Of a stretch of DNA of 64,000 nucleotides, positions 41,423 to 52,375 are shown in pieces. The notes under the pieces are model-generated. The model worked only from the letters and a program-made list of their open reading frames with translations. It had not been told where the DNA came from and did no database searches. The translations under genes were made by a program, and so were the position numbers. Every line of letters starts with the position of its first letter. The stretch's first letter is position 1. This DNA comes from Nitrosopumilaceae archaeon (GTDB lineage Archaea; Thermoproteota; Nitrososphaeria; Nitrososphaerales; Nitrosopumilaceae): contig OZ242274.1 of the NCBI GenBank assembly GCA_965207375.1, forward strand, positions 1,472,001-1,536,000. The letters are read 5' to 3'.

Positions 41423-41925
41423 TGTCAGAAAAGACAACAAGAGGAACAAAAATTGACATATCTGCAAAAAAAATTGTTGCAGGATGGCCAAAAGTAGGTT
41501 ACGACGGAAACAATGAGAAGATTCGTAGTTTTTACTATAGGGAAGCTGGTACCACAAAAGACAGAAAGTCATTATTTGTACACAAAAAGCTTGCTGATGT
41601 GTTTATTTTTGCAATGACGCTTGGAAAAAGAGCAGGAATAAAAAAACCATATGCCAACAAAAAAGATAGACAAGACAGTATCGATAGTGAATACATTGCC
41701 ACTAGACCAGAGTATGTCTGGATGATGATTGCCATTGCCATAGATGAATCAAAGGGTGATCTTGAAATTTTCAGTGACCCCAAAACACGGATCATCGATG
41801 TATGTGAAGAGTATGCCAATTATGGAATAGAGTTGCTGATAGAGATGGAACAAGATGCTAGTACTTCTGATCCCTTTTCAGGATATGAAAAGAAATTTGA
41901 AGATCTACTAAAAGAACTAGAATGA
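41422..41925 (+). CDS. pbeD: PbeD-like protein
   Basis: DVFIFAMTLG...EEYANYG DndE-like helical pattern; TAATG coupling. Confidence 0.55.
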   Translation: MSEKTTRGTKIDISAKKIVAGWPKVGYDGNNEKIRSFYYREAGTTKDRKSLFVHKKLADVFIFAMTLGKRAGIKKPYANKKDRQDSIDSEYIATRPEYVWMMIAIAIDESKGDLEIFSDPKTRIIDVCEEYANYGIELLIEMEQDASTSDPFSGYEKKFEDLLKELE

Positions 41926-44135
41926 TGCAGTGCCCAATATGTAACGAGTCATTTGACACCCAGAAATTGTTTTCTGAACATCTTGAATATCATAAAAAAC
42001 AATCTTTTCTAAATCAAATACCTGAACCCGCCCAAATTCAAAATTCTGACCAGTCACAACATCGTTTGATAGATGTTACTAATTTCTTTGGAAAAGAAAG
42101 ATTTGAGACTATGGTTTTACAAAAATTACAAAACATTCAAGATATGGAAGAGTTGTTTCATAGGAGAAATTTTGTTGAGCAGGTAAAGAAACTAATTTCT
42201 AGACATCCGTTTATACATATTCCATATTTTGTAGATGATTTGTTATATGGAAATGAATCTAAATTTTTACGTAAGAAATATTACATTTCACATTCGCTGG
42301 CTCTAAAAAACACAGTGCATAAAATATTAAAGTTTGATAGAACACGATACCGTCAAAAGCAATATGATGATGCATTTGCAATGAACATGAAGATTCCAAC
42401 ATGGAATGATAAATATGATATTTTAAAAAATAACTGTGATTTTTTCAAAGACGAACTAACAGAATTGTTGTTTCTTAATGTTCTAAGATCGTTTATACTC
42501 ATAATAGTAACTGACTATGTAAATACGGGAATTTCAAAACAGGATATTATTACCAAATCTAGGCAATTACAGAATAATTATAACTTATTTAAATTCATTG
42601 ACGAACCATTAAAAAATTCTTTTACAAAGTATTTTGAAAATGCTTTTGATGAAACAGTTCTTATGCTTGTAGATGAATTAATTCTAGCAAAAATACTGAA
42701 AAAGAAATTAGGTAATTCAGAAATGATTGTGGGGAGAATGTCTATTGACAATCTCAAGGAAAGCATAATACGTGAATTAGAGTACAATAATGGTTCTCAA
42801 AGCGAATATGAGATCAAAGACAGAATAAAGGAACAATATCCGAGTTTGAAACTCTTACCCAATCTTGGAATCTGGGAGACTGCATTAAATGAACTATATC
42901 ATGAACAGATGATCAGATTTAAAACCGACCGTAACGGTAGACGTTCTTCAATAATCTTTCTAAATGAAAATTATCAGAAAATACAGCAACAGATTCAAAT
43001 GTTTGGAAGTGGTGATGTCAAGTTTTATGGAAGAAAAATAACACCTGATCAATTCATTGACGAGTTGAAGGATCTTGAGCTAGGTGACTTTAAAGATGAT
43101 GATGACCAAGTAACCCGTATAGCTGGATTGGTGCTTGCTGAATCCGTTAATCTTCAAGCCCCACACGAGCATATTTCACAATTTGACTTTTTGATTGACA
43201 TTACCGACTATCATTTTAGAGATGAACAGATCGAGACTATGAAAAAACTTGATTTCAAAATAAATTCTAGAATATTTCACTGTAAAGTAATGCTACATGA
43301 TACATTGAGCATGCAAAAATATGAACAAATTAAAGAATATCTACCAAATGGAGAACAGGCAGTTGTTATTACATTTCGGAAAATTCCATCAGATGTAAAA
43401 GCAGAATTGGAAAAAGATGATTCTATTCAGATAATTGATGAGGAAGGCATACGTATATGGGTTTCAATAACCTCAAAGATTCCATCTAGAGTAGGTTCTA
43501 TCGCAAAATTACACAAAGATCCAATCAGTGGATTAGAAAGAAGGTTGGTAAGAATCAATCGGGTCAATTATGAGGATGGATTAGCAACAGTTACCGTCTT
43601 GCCAGATAAAAATGATGCTGTGGTGCTTGTAAGGTCATTAGAGGAGATTTCATTAAATGAAGAACACCCAAAATATTTTGAGACACTAACTTGTAATTAC
43701 ATGGAGTTTTTAGATGTACTAGCCAAACTCACCACATTAGAGGATCTTGTTAACGGATTGTTTAATGTGAATATGCCTGACTCTTATCCAAAATCCACTT
43801 CGGTCACTATGTATTTTGAAAACTGTACAACAGAACTATTCCTGTCTATGCACCATAAGGACCGTATGCTTGATTGTGGTTGTCTGAGATGGCTTGAAAA
43901 CAAATTTTATTTGTGTCCACATCTGATCTATTTGATTGATTATACAGTGAGAACCAAGTATTTAGACACTTGGAATGATAAGGGCAATTTGATGAAATCG
44001 ATATTGGAGAAAATTATAATAAAAAACATATCCACTATATTGGACAGACTCGGATTAGAATCACAACAAAATGATGAACTTTACAATAAAATGAAAGAAT
44101 TCATTTTGTGTGTATATGAAACTAGAAAAGATTGA
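41922..44135 (+). CDS. C2H2-ZnF + putative Mrr-like nuclease fold + SWIM-finger protein
   Basis: CPIC..H...H; FDFLID...HCKV...AVVITF...IQIIDEEG; CGC...CPH; ATGA overlap with the pbeD-like gene. Confidence 0.6.
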   Translation: MMQCPICNESFDTQKLFSEHLEYHKKQSFLNQIPEPAQIQNSDQSQHRLIDVTNFFGKERFETMVLQKLQNIQDMEELFHRRNFVEQVKKLISRHPFIHIPYFVDDLLYGNESKFLRKKYYISHSLALKNTVHKILKFDRTRYRQKQYDDAFAMNMKIPTWNDKYDILKNNCDFFKDELTELLFLNVLRSFILIIVTDYVNTGISKQDIITKSRQLQNNYNLFKFIDEPLKNSFTKYFENAFDETVLMLVDELILAKILKKKLGNSEMIVGRMSIDNLKESIIRELEYNNGSQSEYEIKDRIKEQYPSLKLLPNLGIWETALNELYHEQMIRFKTDRNGRRSSIIFLNENYQKIQQQIQMFGSGDVKFYGRKITPDQFIDELKDLELGDFKDDDDQVTRIAGLVLAESVNLQAPHEHISQFDFLIDITDYHFRDEQIETMKKLDFKINSRIFHCKVMLHDTLSMQKYEQIKEYLPNGEQAVVITFRKIPSDVKAELEKDDSIQIIDEEGIRIWVSITSKIPSRVGSIAKLHKDPISGLERRLVRINRVNYEDGLATVTVLPDKNDAVVLVRSLEEISLNEEHPKYFETLTCNYMEFLDVLAKLTTLEDLVNGLFNVNMPDSYPKSTSVTMYFENCTTELFLSMHHKDRMLDCGCLRWLENKFYLCPHLIYLIDYTVRTKYLDTWNDKGNLMKSILEKIIIKNISTILDRLGLESQQNDELYNKMKEFILCVYETRKD

Positions 44136-45030
44136 AAATATCCTTGTATTTTGAATTCCTTGGAAGTAAATTTAGATAATCTTTCAAAAGTTCAAACATC
44201 TTTTCATGTGAATAATCTACGTAATTTTGCTCTGAATCAAGTTGTCTATAATATTGTCGTAACCAACTCTGTGTTCTTTCTATATTTATTTTGGTGTTAG
44301 GATCATCAGATATCTGCTGTTCATATTCTGTTGATTCGTTTATGGATTTGACAGAATCAGATGTGTTGTGTGCTATTTTTGAACTAGATTTATTTCTGTA
44401 CCATGGGTCATATCCTAACTTATCTAACATATATTCCCATGATTCAAATTCTGTATCATAATAGGATAGATTTATCTCAGAATATTTGTCAATATCTTGT
44501 TTTGTTGGAGTTTTCCCAATTATTTCTCGAATTCTTTCAAACTCTATTATTAGAGATATTTTGTTAGGTGGATTCATTGTTTGTGCAAAGCGAAGTATTT
44601 CGTCAATTGTTACATTAAATTCTATTTGAATATCTGTTACAGTTATTTTTTCTCTTGTTAGCATATCTTCGAATTTATTTACTGGATTATCATGTTTTTC
44701 AAAAATACATTTTGCAATCTTTTTGATAATTATGGCTCTTTGTTTACTGAGATATGACAGGTCAATTTGTGATTCATAATTGTGGTTTTTAGGATTTGAT
44801 TGATGTTTTGATTCTGGTTTTATTTTTCTTAAATATCGATAAATTATACCGTTGCAACAGTTACATAGCCATATTGTTGAATCATCCGCTGTTTTACTTT
44901 CATCCTCCAAATGACACATATTTTGTTCTATCCAAATGTTGCAAACAAAACACATACCATGTTTGGTTTTGTGTTGATTTTGTATCTGAAATTTTCTACA
45001 TTTACCTTTACAAAATTTAACAGTTTTCAC
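44122..45030 (-). CDS. Zn-finger + homing-endonuclease-associated-repeat-like protein
   Basis: N-terminal CKGKC/CFVC/CNCC; IGKTPT...FESW...LG repeat motif. Confidence 0.6.
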   Translation of the reverse strand: MKTVKFCKGKCRKFQIQNQHKTKHGMCFVCNIWIEQNMCHLEDESKTADDSTIWLCNCCNGIIYRYLRKIKPESKHQSNPKNHNYESQIDLSYLSKQRAIIIKKIAKCIFEKHDNPVNKFEDMLTREKITVTDIQIEFNVTIDEILRFAQTMNPPNKISLIIEFERIREIIGKTPTKQDIDKYSEINLSYYDTEFESWEYMLDKLGYDPWYRNKSSSKIAHNTSDSVKSINESTEYEQQISDDPNTKINIERTQSWLRQYYRQLDSEQNYVDYSHEKMFELLKDYLNLLPRNSKYKDIFNLF

Positions 45031-45203
45031 ACTGCCAAATGATTATTACATCATATATGAAAGTGTAGATCCTAGGAAATACCATTTCTAATATTTAGTT
45101 CAGTTTTTGAATCTATATGAATTCTAGGTTGGCAAAATGGATAATCTAAGGCATATTTTCATACTTTTGAAAGCCTAAATAGTAACTAATGCATCATCAA
45201 ACT

Positions 45204-45371
45204 ATGACTGAAACTAAAATTGGAGGACGATCAGTTACTATAACAAAAGAAGACAACAGTATCAAGGTGACCTTTCATCCAATAGCAAAGGGGGCAAAAC
45301 ACCCCAAGGCAAATGTCTTTACCGTGAAACTCTCAAAATCTGATATCGATACTCTAAAAAAGGCACTATAA
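45204..45371 (+). CDS. small hypothetical protein
   Basis: TATA-like box ~25 bp upstream; protein-like composition. Confidence 0.5.
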   Translation: MTETKIGGRSVTITKEDNSIKVTFHPIAKGAKHPKANVFTVKLSKSDIDTLKKAL

Positions 45372-45441
45372 AAGACATACTTCCTACTTGAAATAACATA
45401 CTTCCAAATCTTTTTAACATACTTCCATTATATCTAATACA

Positions 45442-46530
45442 ATGGATGAGGAACGTGCTGTAGGCAGTGAAACGTACAGCTTTGATGCGTTACGTGGAAT
45501 CCAGGCAGGTCGTAGCTATTACGTTGCAATGTGTCCACTAAAGATAATTCCAAAGCTGTTTATCTTTAATGATTATGATTTACCACCGGACCTTCGAGCC
45601 CAACGAACTCTCAAGGACTCTAGAATCCCAGCACTAAAAAATTACATTTTACAAAACCCAAAAAACTACATATTTTCATCACTTACTGCCTCAGTTGACG
45701 GTAATATGAAGTTCATACCATCAGTAAATCTAGGTCCGGATGGTAAGCTTGGAAGACTTTACATCAACATGGATTCTCGAATGTTGATAAATGACGGACA
45801 GCACAGGCGCAAGGCAATTGAGGAGGCACTCAAAGACAAACCCGAACTTGGACATGAGACAATCTCTGTTGTCTTTTTTGAAGATTCAGGACTAGAGCGA
45901 AGCCAACAGATGTTTTCGGACCTTAACAAAAACGCCATGAAAACTACAAAATCATTGAACATACTTTATGATCATCGTGATGTATTTAGTAAATTCATTG
46001 TAGACATGACAAAAAAAATTGAGATATTCCGAGACAGGGTAGAACTAGAAAACACTACATTATCAAACCGTACAAAAAAAGTATTCACATTAAATGGTGT
46101 CACAGATGCCACAATGAGATTTCTTGGTAGCAAATCCATCAAAAAGATATCAACACAACAAAAAGAGGACATATACAAGTTTTGGAATACTTTGGCAGAA
46201 ACAATTCCAGAATGGAAATTATTACTAGAAGGTAACATTGAACCAAAGGATATACGTAAAGTGTACATTCATGGAAATACAAACATGCTCAATACGTTAG
46301 GAATTGCAGCGCATACCATCAAACAGGAATATCCAGATTCCTGGATAAAACAATTAGGTAAACTGCGTAATGTCGACTGGTCAAGACGCAACCCGATGTG
46401 GGAGGGAAACTTGCTGCAAGGTGGACGCATGGTAAAGACTACTATGGGGCTTGAACTTGGGGCAAATGTTTTATTGAGAAATTGTGGGATAAAACTGTCA
46501 AAGGCAAGACTGGGGTTTGAAAGTAAATGA
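45442..46530 (+). CDS. dndB: DNA sulfur modification protein DndB
   Basis: RAQR, INDGQHR, QQMFSDLN (DGQHR domain). Confidence 0.92.
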   Translation: MDEERAVGSETYSFDALRGIQAGRSYYVAMCPLKIIPKLFIFNDYDLPPDLRAQRTLKDSRIPALKNYILQNPKNYIFSSLTASVDGNMKFIPSVNLGPDGKLGRLYINMDSRMLINDGQHRRKAIEEALKDKPELGHETISVVFFEDSGLERSQQMFSDLNKNAMKTTKSLNILYDHRDVFSKFIVDMTKKIEIFRDRVELENTTLSNRTKKVFTLNGVTDATMRFLGSKSIKKISTQQKEDIYKFWNTLAETIPEWKLLLEGNIEPKDIRKVYIHGNTNMLNTLGIAAHTIKQEYPDSWIKQLGKLRNVDWSRRNPMWEGNLLQGGRMVKTTMGLELGANVLLRNCGIKLSKARLGFESK

Positions 46531-47960
46531 GCGTTTTTGATCAAAAATCACTAGATACAATATATACAGAAATACAACAGGTGTACCTCAACGATGAGCG
46601 CCCATGGATTTTGGGATACAGTGGAGGAAAAGATTCCACATGCATGGTACAAATCGTATGGAAGGCGTTATCTGGATTACCTGCGGAACAACTGACCAAA
46701 AAAATCTATGTGATATCTTCTGATACTTTGGTAGAGTCGCCCCAAATTGTAGACAGAATTACTGGCTCTTTGTCCAGAATAGAAAAGGCTGCCAAAGACA
46801 CGAAACTACCAATATCTACAAATTTACTGCGACCACCAATTTCTGATACCTTTTGGGTCAGAATTTTAGGACTTGGATATCCTGCACCGACTTCAATGTT
46901 TCGCTGGTGTACTGAAATGCTAAAGATTGCAAATGCAGACAGATTCATCAAAGAAAGAGTTTCTGAATATGGTGAGGTTATCGTGCTTTTGGGAACCCGG
47001 AAAAGCGAAAGTACCACAAGACAGCAAACAATGAATCTTTTAGAGATAGAAAATAGTGTATTATCACATCACAAAAAGTTTGCACAGACATATGTGTATA
47101 CTCCATTAGTTGATTTTGATACACAAGATGTCTGGAACTATCTACTTCAAGACGATAATCCATGGGGAGAAAACAACCGTGATCTACTTGCGTTGTACCA
47201 GGATGCAAATGCTGCTGAATGTCCTTTGGTAGTAGATACTAGTACACCCTCTTGTGGTAGTGGGAGATTTGGATGTTGGACATGTACCGTAGTAGACAAG
47301 CAAAAGTCGTTGGATTCCATGATTGAGAGCGGTGCAGAATGGATGGAGCCACTAGCCGAGCTACGTCACGAATTAAAACTTACACAAGAGCCTGAAATGT
47401 GGCCAAAGATACGCCAGATAACTAGAAGAAACGGACATGTTGATCTCAAAAACAATGGAACAGACTATACTCCTGGCCCTTATACTCTAGATTTTAGAAA
47501 ACAATATCTCGAAAAACTGCTTTACGGTCAGCAAAAGATACAAAGACATGATCCTGCAATGGTTCTGATTTCAGAAGACGAAATACACGAGATACAAAGA
47601 ATATGGCGCATGGAGCAGGGAGATTGGCAAAATACCGCATATGCAATATATGAAAAGGTAACAGGCATACGCCTTGAATCAATATCTGATGACAGGGGTC
47701 AGTTTGGCAGAACAGAACAAAGCCTGCTCGAGCAAGTATGCAAAAACCACGATGTACCGTACAAACTAGTAAGTAATTTGTTAAATGCAGAGTTACAACT
47801 ACAGGGTGGTTCCAGACATTCAAAGATATTTTCAAAATTAAAATCAGAGTTTTCAAAGGAATGGAGAGATGACATTGATACTATACGAAAGGAACTGTTT
47901 GAACAACGTGATTTAGAAGAGGAGGTAAAGCCAAATGCTTTTACGGAAAATAATACTTGA
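46527..47960 (+). CDS. dndC: DNA phosphorothioation sulfurtransferase DndC
   Basis: YSGGKDS, GYPAP...FRWCT, SCGSGRFGCWTCTVV. Confidence 0.95.
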   Translation: MSVFDQKSLDTIYTEIQQVYLNDERPWILGYSGGKDSTCMVQIVWKALSGLPAEQLTKKIYVISSDTLVESPQIVDRITGSLSRIEKAAKDTKLPISTNLLRPPISDTFWVRILGLGYPAPTSMFRWCTEMLKIANADRFIKERVSEYGEVIVLLGTRKSESTTRQQTMNLLEIENSVLSHHKKFAQTYVYTPLVDFDTQDVWNYLLQDDNPWGENNRDLLALYQDANAAECPLVVDTSTPSCGSGRFGCWTCTVVDKQKSLDSMIESGAEWMEPLAELRHELKLTQEPEMWPKIRQITRRNGHVDLKNNGTDYTPGPYTLDFRKQYLEKLLYGQQKIQRHDPAMVLISEDEIHEIQRIWRMEQGDWQNTAYAIYEKVTGIRLESISDDRGQFGRTEQSLLEQVCKNHDVPYKLVSNLLNAELQLQGGSRHSKIFSKLKSEFSKEWRDDIDTIRKELFEQRDLEEEVKPNAFTENNT

Positions 47961-49935
47961 TGATTTTAAAACATATGGTGGAAGACATGAGATAGATCTT
48001 GTCACGACACCTGACAAGCCAATAATTTTATGTGGTGGAACAAATGGTGCAGGAAAAACTACACTGTTTGATTCAATATCCTTGTGTCTTTATGGTAGAC
48101 ATGCAACAGAATCAAAAATGACACTAAAGCAGTATAAACAACAAATTCTCAAATCCTTTCACAAATCACAGGGTGTAACGGCACAGGAGGCGTCAATTAC
48201 ACTAGAGTTTGACTATGCCCATGATTCACAGATAACCAGATACATGATAACACGTGGCTGGCAAAACGATAACGGCACACCTGTAGAGGATCTTCATATC
48301 AGCAAAAAATCACCAAAAGATGCAGAATATCAGAGTCTTGATTCAGTCGAGCAGTCACAGTGGCAGACATTTGTGGATCATCTTTTACCAAGTGGAATCA
48401 CAAAACTGTTCTTTTTTGATGGTGAAAAGATCAAAAAGATTGCAGAATCTGGCAAGGAAGACGAGCATATTCGTTCCTCTTTTGATACGTTACTGGGACT
48501 AGACCTGATTACACAGCTTTGTGAAGACATTGGATTATACATTTTGAGAAATTCTGATGACTCGGACCAAAACATACTAGAAGATATAGACAAAAAGATA
48601 CAGGAGAAAAAGGATGCAGAGTGTAAAATAGATGAGCTTGGAGAAAAGCAGGCATATTTGCGCTCTGAGATGGAAGGACTTCAAACAAAACTAAAAGTAT
48701 TAGAAGAAAAGTTTACGAAATTGGGTGGAAACTTTGCCCAGAGGAGACAACATCTAGTAGAGCAAAAGACATCCCTTGAGACTAGATTGCACGAAGTAGA
48801 AAAATATATTCGTGATATATGTACCGATACACTTCCACTATCACTTGTTCCAAGACAGATGGATATGCTCCAAAAAGAATTAAAGGAAGATACACAAAAA
48901 ATGCAAAGCAGATTCGAAAAGGACATTTTGAATAATTCCATACAAGACATATCTGATAACTTTGAGAAACTACTTGAAGGTAAAATACAAAACGATATAC
49001 TTGGGAAACTCCGTTGTGCTATACAGGATAAAATAAAATCGCTTCCCAAATCAGATAATTTACTGCACAATCTTTCACTCGATGATAATCGTGCAATGCG
49101 AGAATTAATTCATGATATTGCAACACATGATCTCAAGGAGATTGAAGAGTACACGGTACAACATGACAAAATACTTGCTGAATTAAGTCGTGTAAAGTCT
49201 GATTTGGATATTTCACCGCAACAAGATGAGATAGGACCTATATTTTCAGAAATAAAACAGAAAAGCTCTGATTTAGGTGAGATGCAAAAGGAACTTGACC
49301 AACTTGAGAATCTAGAGGCACAACAAAAGACGATAATAGTGCTCATAAACTCGCGCATACGTCAGGATCTTGCAAAGAAAAAGATACACTCTAGAGAGAA
49401 AATAGGATTAAACCTAGCACCTCGTGTTCAGGATACACTGGAGGAATATGCAAAAGAGATTCGTCTCAAAAAGATATCCCTGCTTGAGCAAAACATACTA
49501 GATGCAATAAAACGATTATTTCATAAAAAGGACTTTATCACAGGAATCAAGATAGATCCAGACACCTTTGAGATAAAACTGTACGAAAATGATGAAGAAA
49601 AAACACGAGATATGTTGTCCAAGGGGGAACTTCAGATTTACTCTACTGCAATTGTGTGGGGTTTGGCAAAAACTTCTGGCAGACCACTTCCATTTGTTAT
49701 TGATACACCACTTGCACGTCTTGATTTGAAACATCGGGAAAATCTAGTTAGTGGTTTCTTTCCACATGCATCACATCAGACAATAATACTTTCCACAGAT
49801 ACTGAGATAACTGCACCGTACCATATGGCTTTACAAGACTATACATCTAAAGAGTTGAAAATATCACAAAATAACGGAAAAACTGCACTAGAGGACGGAT
49901 ATTTTTCATTGGAGGAGCAAATTGAAGTTCGGTAA
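47935..49935 (+). CDS. dndD: DNA sulfur modification ATPase DndD
   Basis: GGTNGAGKTT, FFFDGEKI, LSKGE, IDTPLARLD, LSTDTEI. Confidence 0.95.
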   Translation: MLLRKIILDDFKTYGGRHEIDLVTTPDKPIILCGGTNGAGKTTLFDSISLCLYGRHATESKMTLKQYKQQILKSFHKSQGVTAQEASITLEFDYAHDSQITRYMITRGWQNDNGTPVEDLHISKKSPKDAEYQSLDSVEQSQWQTFVDHLLPSGITKLFFFDGEKIKKIAESGKEDEHIRSSFDTLLGLDLITQLCEDIGLYILRNSDDSDQNILEDIDKKIQEKKDAECKIDELGEKQAYLRSEMEGLQTKLKVLEEKFTKLGGNFAQRRQHLVEQKTSLETRLHEVEKYIRDICTDTLPLSLVPRQMDMLQKELKEDTQKMQSRFEKDILNNSIQDISDNFEKLLEGKIQNDILGKLRCAIQDKIKSLPKSDNLLHNLSLDDNRAMRELIHDIATHDLKEIEEYTVQHDKILAELSRVKSDLDISPQQDEIGPIFSEIKQKSSDLGEMQKELDQLENLEAQQKTIIVLINSRIRQDLAKKKIHSREKIGLNLAPRVQDTLEEYAKEIRLKKISLLEQNILDAIKRLFHKKDFITGIKIDPDTFEIKLYENDEEKTRDMLSKGELQIYSTAIVWGLAKTSGRPLPFVIDTPLARLDLKHRENLVSGFFPHASHQTIILSTDTEITAPYHMALQDYTSKELKISQNNGKTALEDGYFSLEEQIEVR

Positions 49936-50296
49936 TGTAAAGACAAGTTCTAGAACTACAAACTTGTTTGGACATCTAAAGCCCAGTCTAAATCTGACAC
50001 CTAACATTCTTGCCCGATTTGCAATTTGTCTTTCAATACAACAGAGGGGAATTCCAAATCCTGATGAATATAACAAGGATGGTTCAGAGTTTACACCTGC
50101 CGTTTTGTTCGGGAATCATGAACCATTATACCTCGCATTGATGATATCACGATTACGACAAGACGGCCTTGACCCAGAAGAGTATTTGGGTGAGATGACT
50201 AGGGCACATCTAAACCGTGGTGCAATTGCATTCAAGCAACGAGTAGATAGTCTGTCTGATTTTTACAAATTGGTAAAGGAGGCTAGATTGGGTTGA
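49922..50296 (+). CDS. dndE: DNA sulfur modification protein DndE
   Basis: TPNILARFAICLS...HLNRG; position after dndD. Confidence 0.9.
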   Translation: MKFGNVKTSSRTTNLFGHLKPSLNLTPNILARFAICLSIQQRGIPNPDEYNKDGSEFTPAVLFGNHEPLYLALMISRLRQDGLDPEEYLGEMTRAHLNRGAIAFKQRVDSLSDFYKLVKEARLG

Positions 50297-50332
50297 GTAA
50301 CTGTTTCTTTTGTGACTGCACATTAAACCGAG

Positions 50333-51505
50333 ATGAGTTTTTTAGATATGCCTGATTCAAAACCTCCGATATATCTTGACTCTCATGCTACCACGCCTGT
50401 TGATCCACGCGTGGTAGATGCAATGTTGCCGTACTTTACTAGTATTTTTGGAAACTCTTCAAGCCTTGATCATATGTTTGGTCATGATGCCTCTGAAGCT
50501 GTAAAAAAAGCACGTGCAGATATTGCTGGTGCCATAAATGCGGATTCCAGTGATGTGATATTCATGTCTGGTGCCACAGAATCTGATAATCTTGCGTTAA
50601 CCGGTGTCATGTTAAAAAGTAAAAAGAATCATCTCATTACATGTCAAACAGAACACAAGGCCGTACTTGATACTGCAAAGAATCTAGAATCACAGGGAAT
50701 ACATGTGACATATCTGCCTGTAGATGAGTTTGGTCTGATAGACACAGAACAATTAATTGATGTCATATCTGATGACACTGCTCTGATATCTGTAATGTTT
50801 GCAAATAATGAGATTGGTACCATACAGGATATTGCAGAGATTGGAAAGATTGCACACGAGAACAATGTGTTATTTCATACAGATGCTGCCCAGGCAGTAG
50901 GACACATTCCAATTGATGTGCAAAAGCTGAATATTGATTTGATGTCGTTTTCATCTCACAAGATTTACGGGCCAAAGGGAATTGGTGCCTTGTATATGCG
51001 GGGTATTATGCCTAGGGTAAAGGTTGCACCAATTATTCATGGTGGTGGGCAGGAGAAAAACGTCCGCTCTGGAACACTTAATGTTCCTGGAATTGTTGGC
51101 TTTGCAAAGGCTGTAAGTATAGCACAGCGTGAAATGGATGCAGAAAATATACGGTTTAGGCACTGGAGTAAACAGATGTTGGATGAACTGTTTGTGGTAG
51201 ATGCCAAGCTGAATGGACATCCTACAAGACGACTATTTCACAACCTTAACATCCGGTTTGAAGGAATAGATGGAAAGGCCATAATCAATTCTGTTTCCAA
51301 AATGTTAGCTATCTCAGCAGGATCTGCATGTACTACTCAAATGGTAGAACCGTCACATGTACTTCTTGCCCTAGGACTGACAGAAAAACAAGCGCATTCT
51401 TCAATTAGAATTGGATGCGGCAGGTTCAACACTGACGAAGAGATCAAAATTGCTACTTATGAAATATCTGAATGTATATCTTCTCTAACCCGAATTCAAA
51501 TCTAA
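50333..51505 (+). CDS. dndA: cysteine desulfurase DndA/IscS
   Basis: YLDSHATTP, SSHKIYGPKG (PLP lysine), SAGSACT (catalytic Cys). Confidence 0.92.
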   Translation: MSFLDMPDSKPPIYLDSHATTPVDPRVVDAMLPYFTSIFGNSSSLDHMFGHDASEAVKKARADIAGAINADSSDVIFMSGATESDNLALTGVMLKSKKNHLITCQTEHKAVLDTAKNLESQGIHVTYLPVDEFGLIDTEQLIDVISDDTALISVMFANNEIGTIQDIAEIGKIAHENNVLFHTDAAQAVGHIPIDVQKLNIDLMSFSSHKIYGPKGIGALYMRGIMPRVKVAPIIHGGGQEKNVRSGTLNVPGIVGFAKAVSIAQREMDAENIRFRHWSKQMLDELFVVDAKLNGHPTRRLFHNLNIRFEGIDGKAIINSVSKMLAISAGSACTTQMVEPSHVLLALGLTEKQAHSSIRIGCGRFNTDEEIKIATYEISECISSLTRIQI

Positions 51506-51561
51506 TTGTAAATTATTTTGATAAAACACAACAATAGTTTTTAATTCATCTGATAATAATT

Positions 51562-52344
51562 TTGAATATGGATACCGATTCACCTGCAAAATTACTAGAA
51601 AACATAGGCGTAGGATTACGAGTAAAAATAGAAAGAAAAAGAATTAGAAAAATTATGGAGGGACATATCATAGAAATTTTGGATGATGGACCGTTTAATG
51701 AAAATGGGATAGAAGTTAAAATTACGGGTAATTATTCAGGTAATGTTAAACAAATTATAAAAGAAGGAGAATTAATCTCTGTATCAGAAATACTTGAGAA
51801 GATTCAAAAGCATGAAAGTAAACATTTTGAATTAAAATCCAGTTTCAAATATGATATTAATATATCAAAACATACTGGAACCCCAACCTCAAATGAATCT
51901 TTACGAAGAAAAATTGCTGAAGAAACTGCATCATTTATGAATTCTGATGGTGGAATTATCTGTATAGGTGTAGATAATGAAAAAAATATTTTGGGGCTTG
52001 AGAATGACTATAAACTACAAAGTAGTTATAGGCTAGACAAGGATCCGTCACTATTACAGGATCAACTTCGCCTAGAGATTACACAGACTCTAAAAGATTA
52101 TCTAGGGAATGAAATTCTTAGCCTGTATGAGATAGAGTTTGTCTCAATTAATGGCACATCTGTTTGTTGTATCATGATAAAAAAATCTCCTGAACCTGTA
52201 TTTGTTAAAATGAATATACTTGCTATAATAGATAAACAGAACAAAAAAGAGAAACTCTGGAAATGCTGGATACGTGTAGATAATGGAATTATGAATATCC
52301 AGTTTGATTCGTTTATGAAATATTGGCAACACCGAGAACAATAG
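51562..52344 (+). CDS. YwbE(DUF2196)-like + AlbA_2 (Schlafen-like) protein
   Basis: EGHIIEIL...GIEVKI..GNVKQI; ESKHFELKSS...ASFMNSDGGIICIGVDN. Confidence 0.78.
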   Translation: MNMDTDSPAKLLENIGVGLRVKIERKRIRKIMEGHIIEILDDGPFNENGIEVKITGNYSGNVKQIIKEGELISVSEILEKIQKHESKHFELKSSFKYDINISKHTGTPTSNESLRRKIAEETASFMNSDGGIICIGVDNEKNILGLENDYKLQSSYRLDKDPSLLQDQLRLEITQTLKDYLGNEILSLYEIEFVSINGTSVCCIMIKKSPEPVFVKMNILAIIDKQNKKEKLWKCWIRVDNGIMNIQFDSFMKYWQHREQ

Positions 52345-52375
52345 GATTTTTTAAGAGGAATAGAAAAAGCAATTC

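Noticed and set aside
50314-50323. GACTGCACAT between dndE and dndA matching the IS1111 sub-terminal IR
   Set aside because: Isolated 10-mer with no further similarity; compatible with chance
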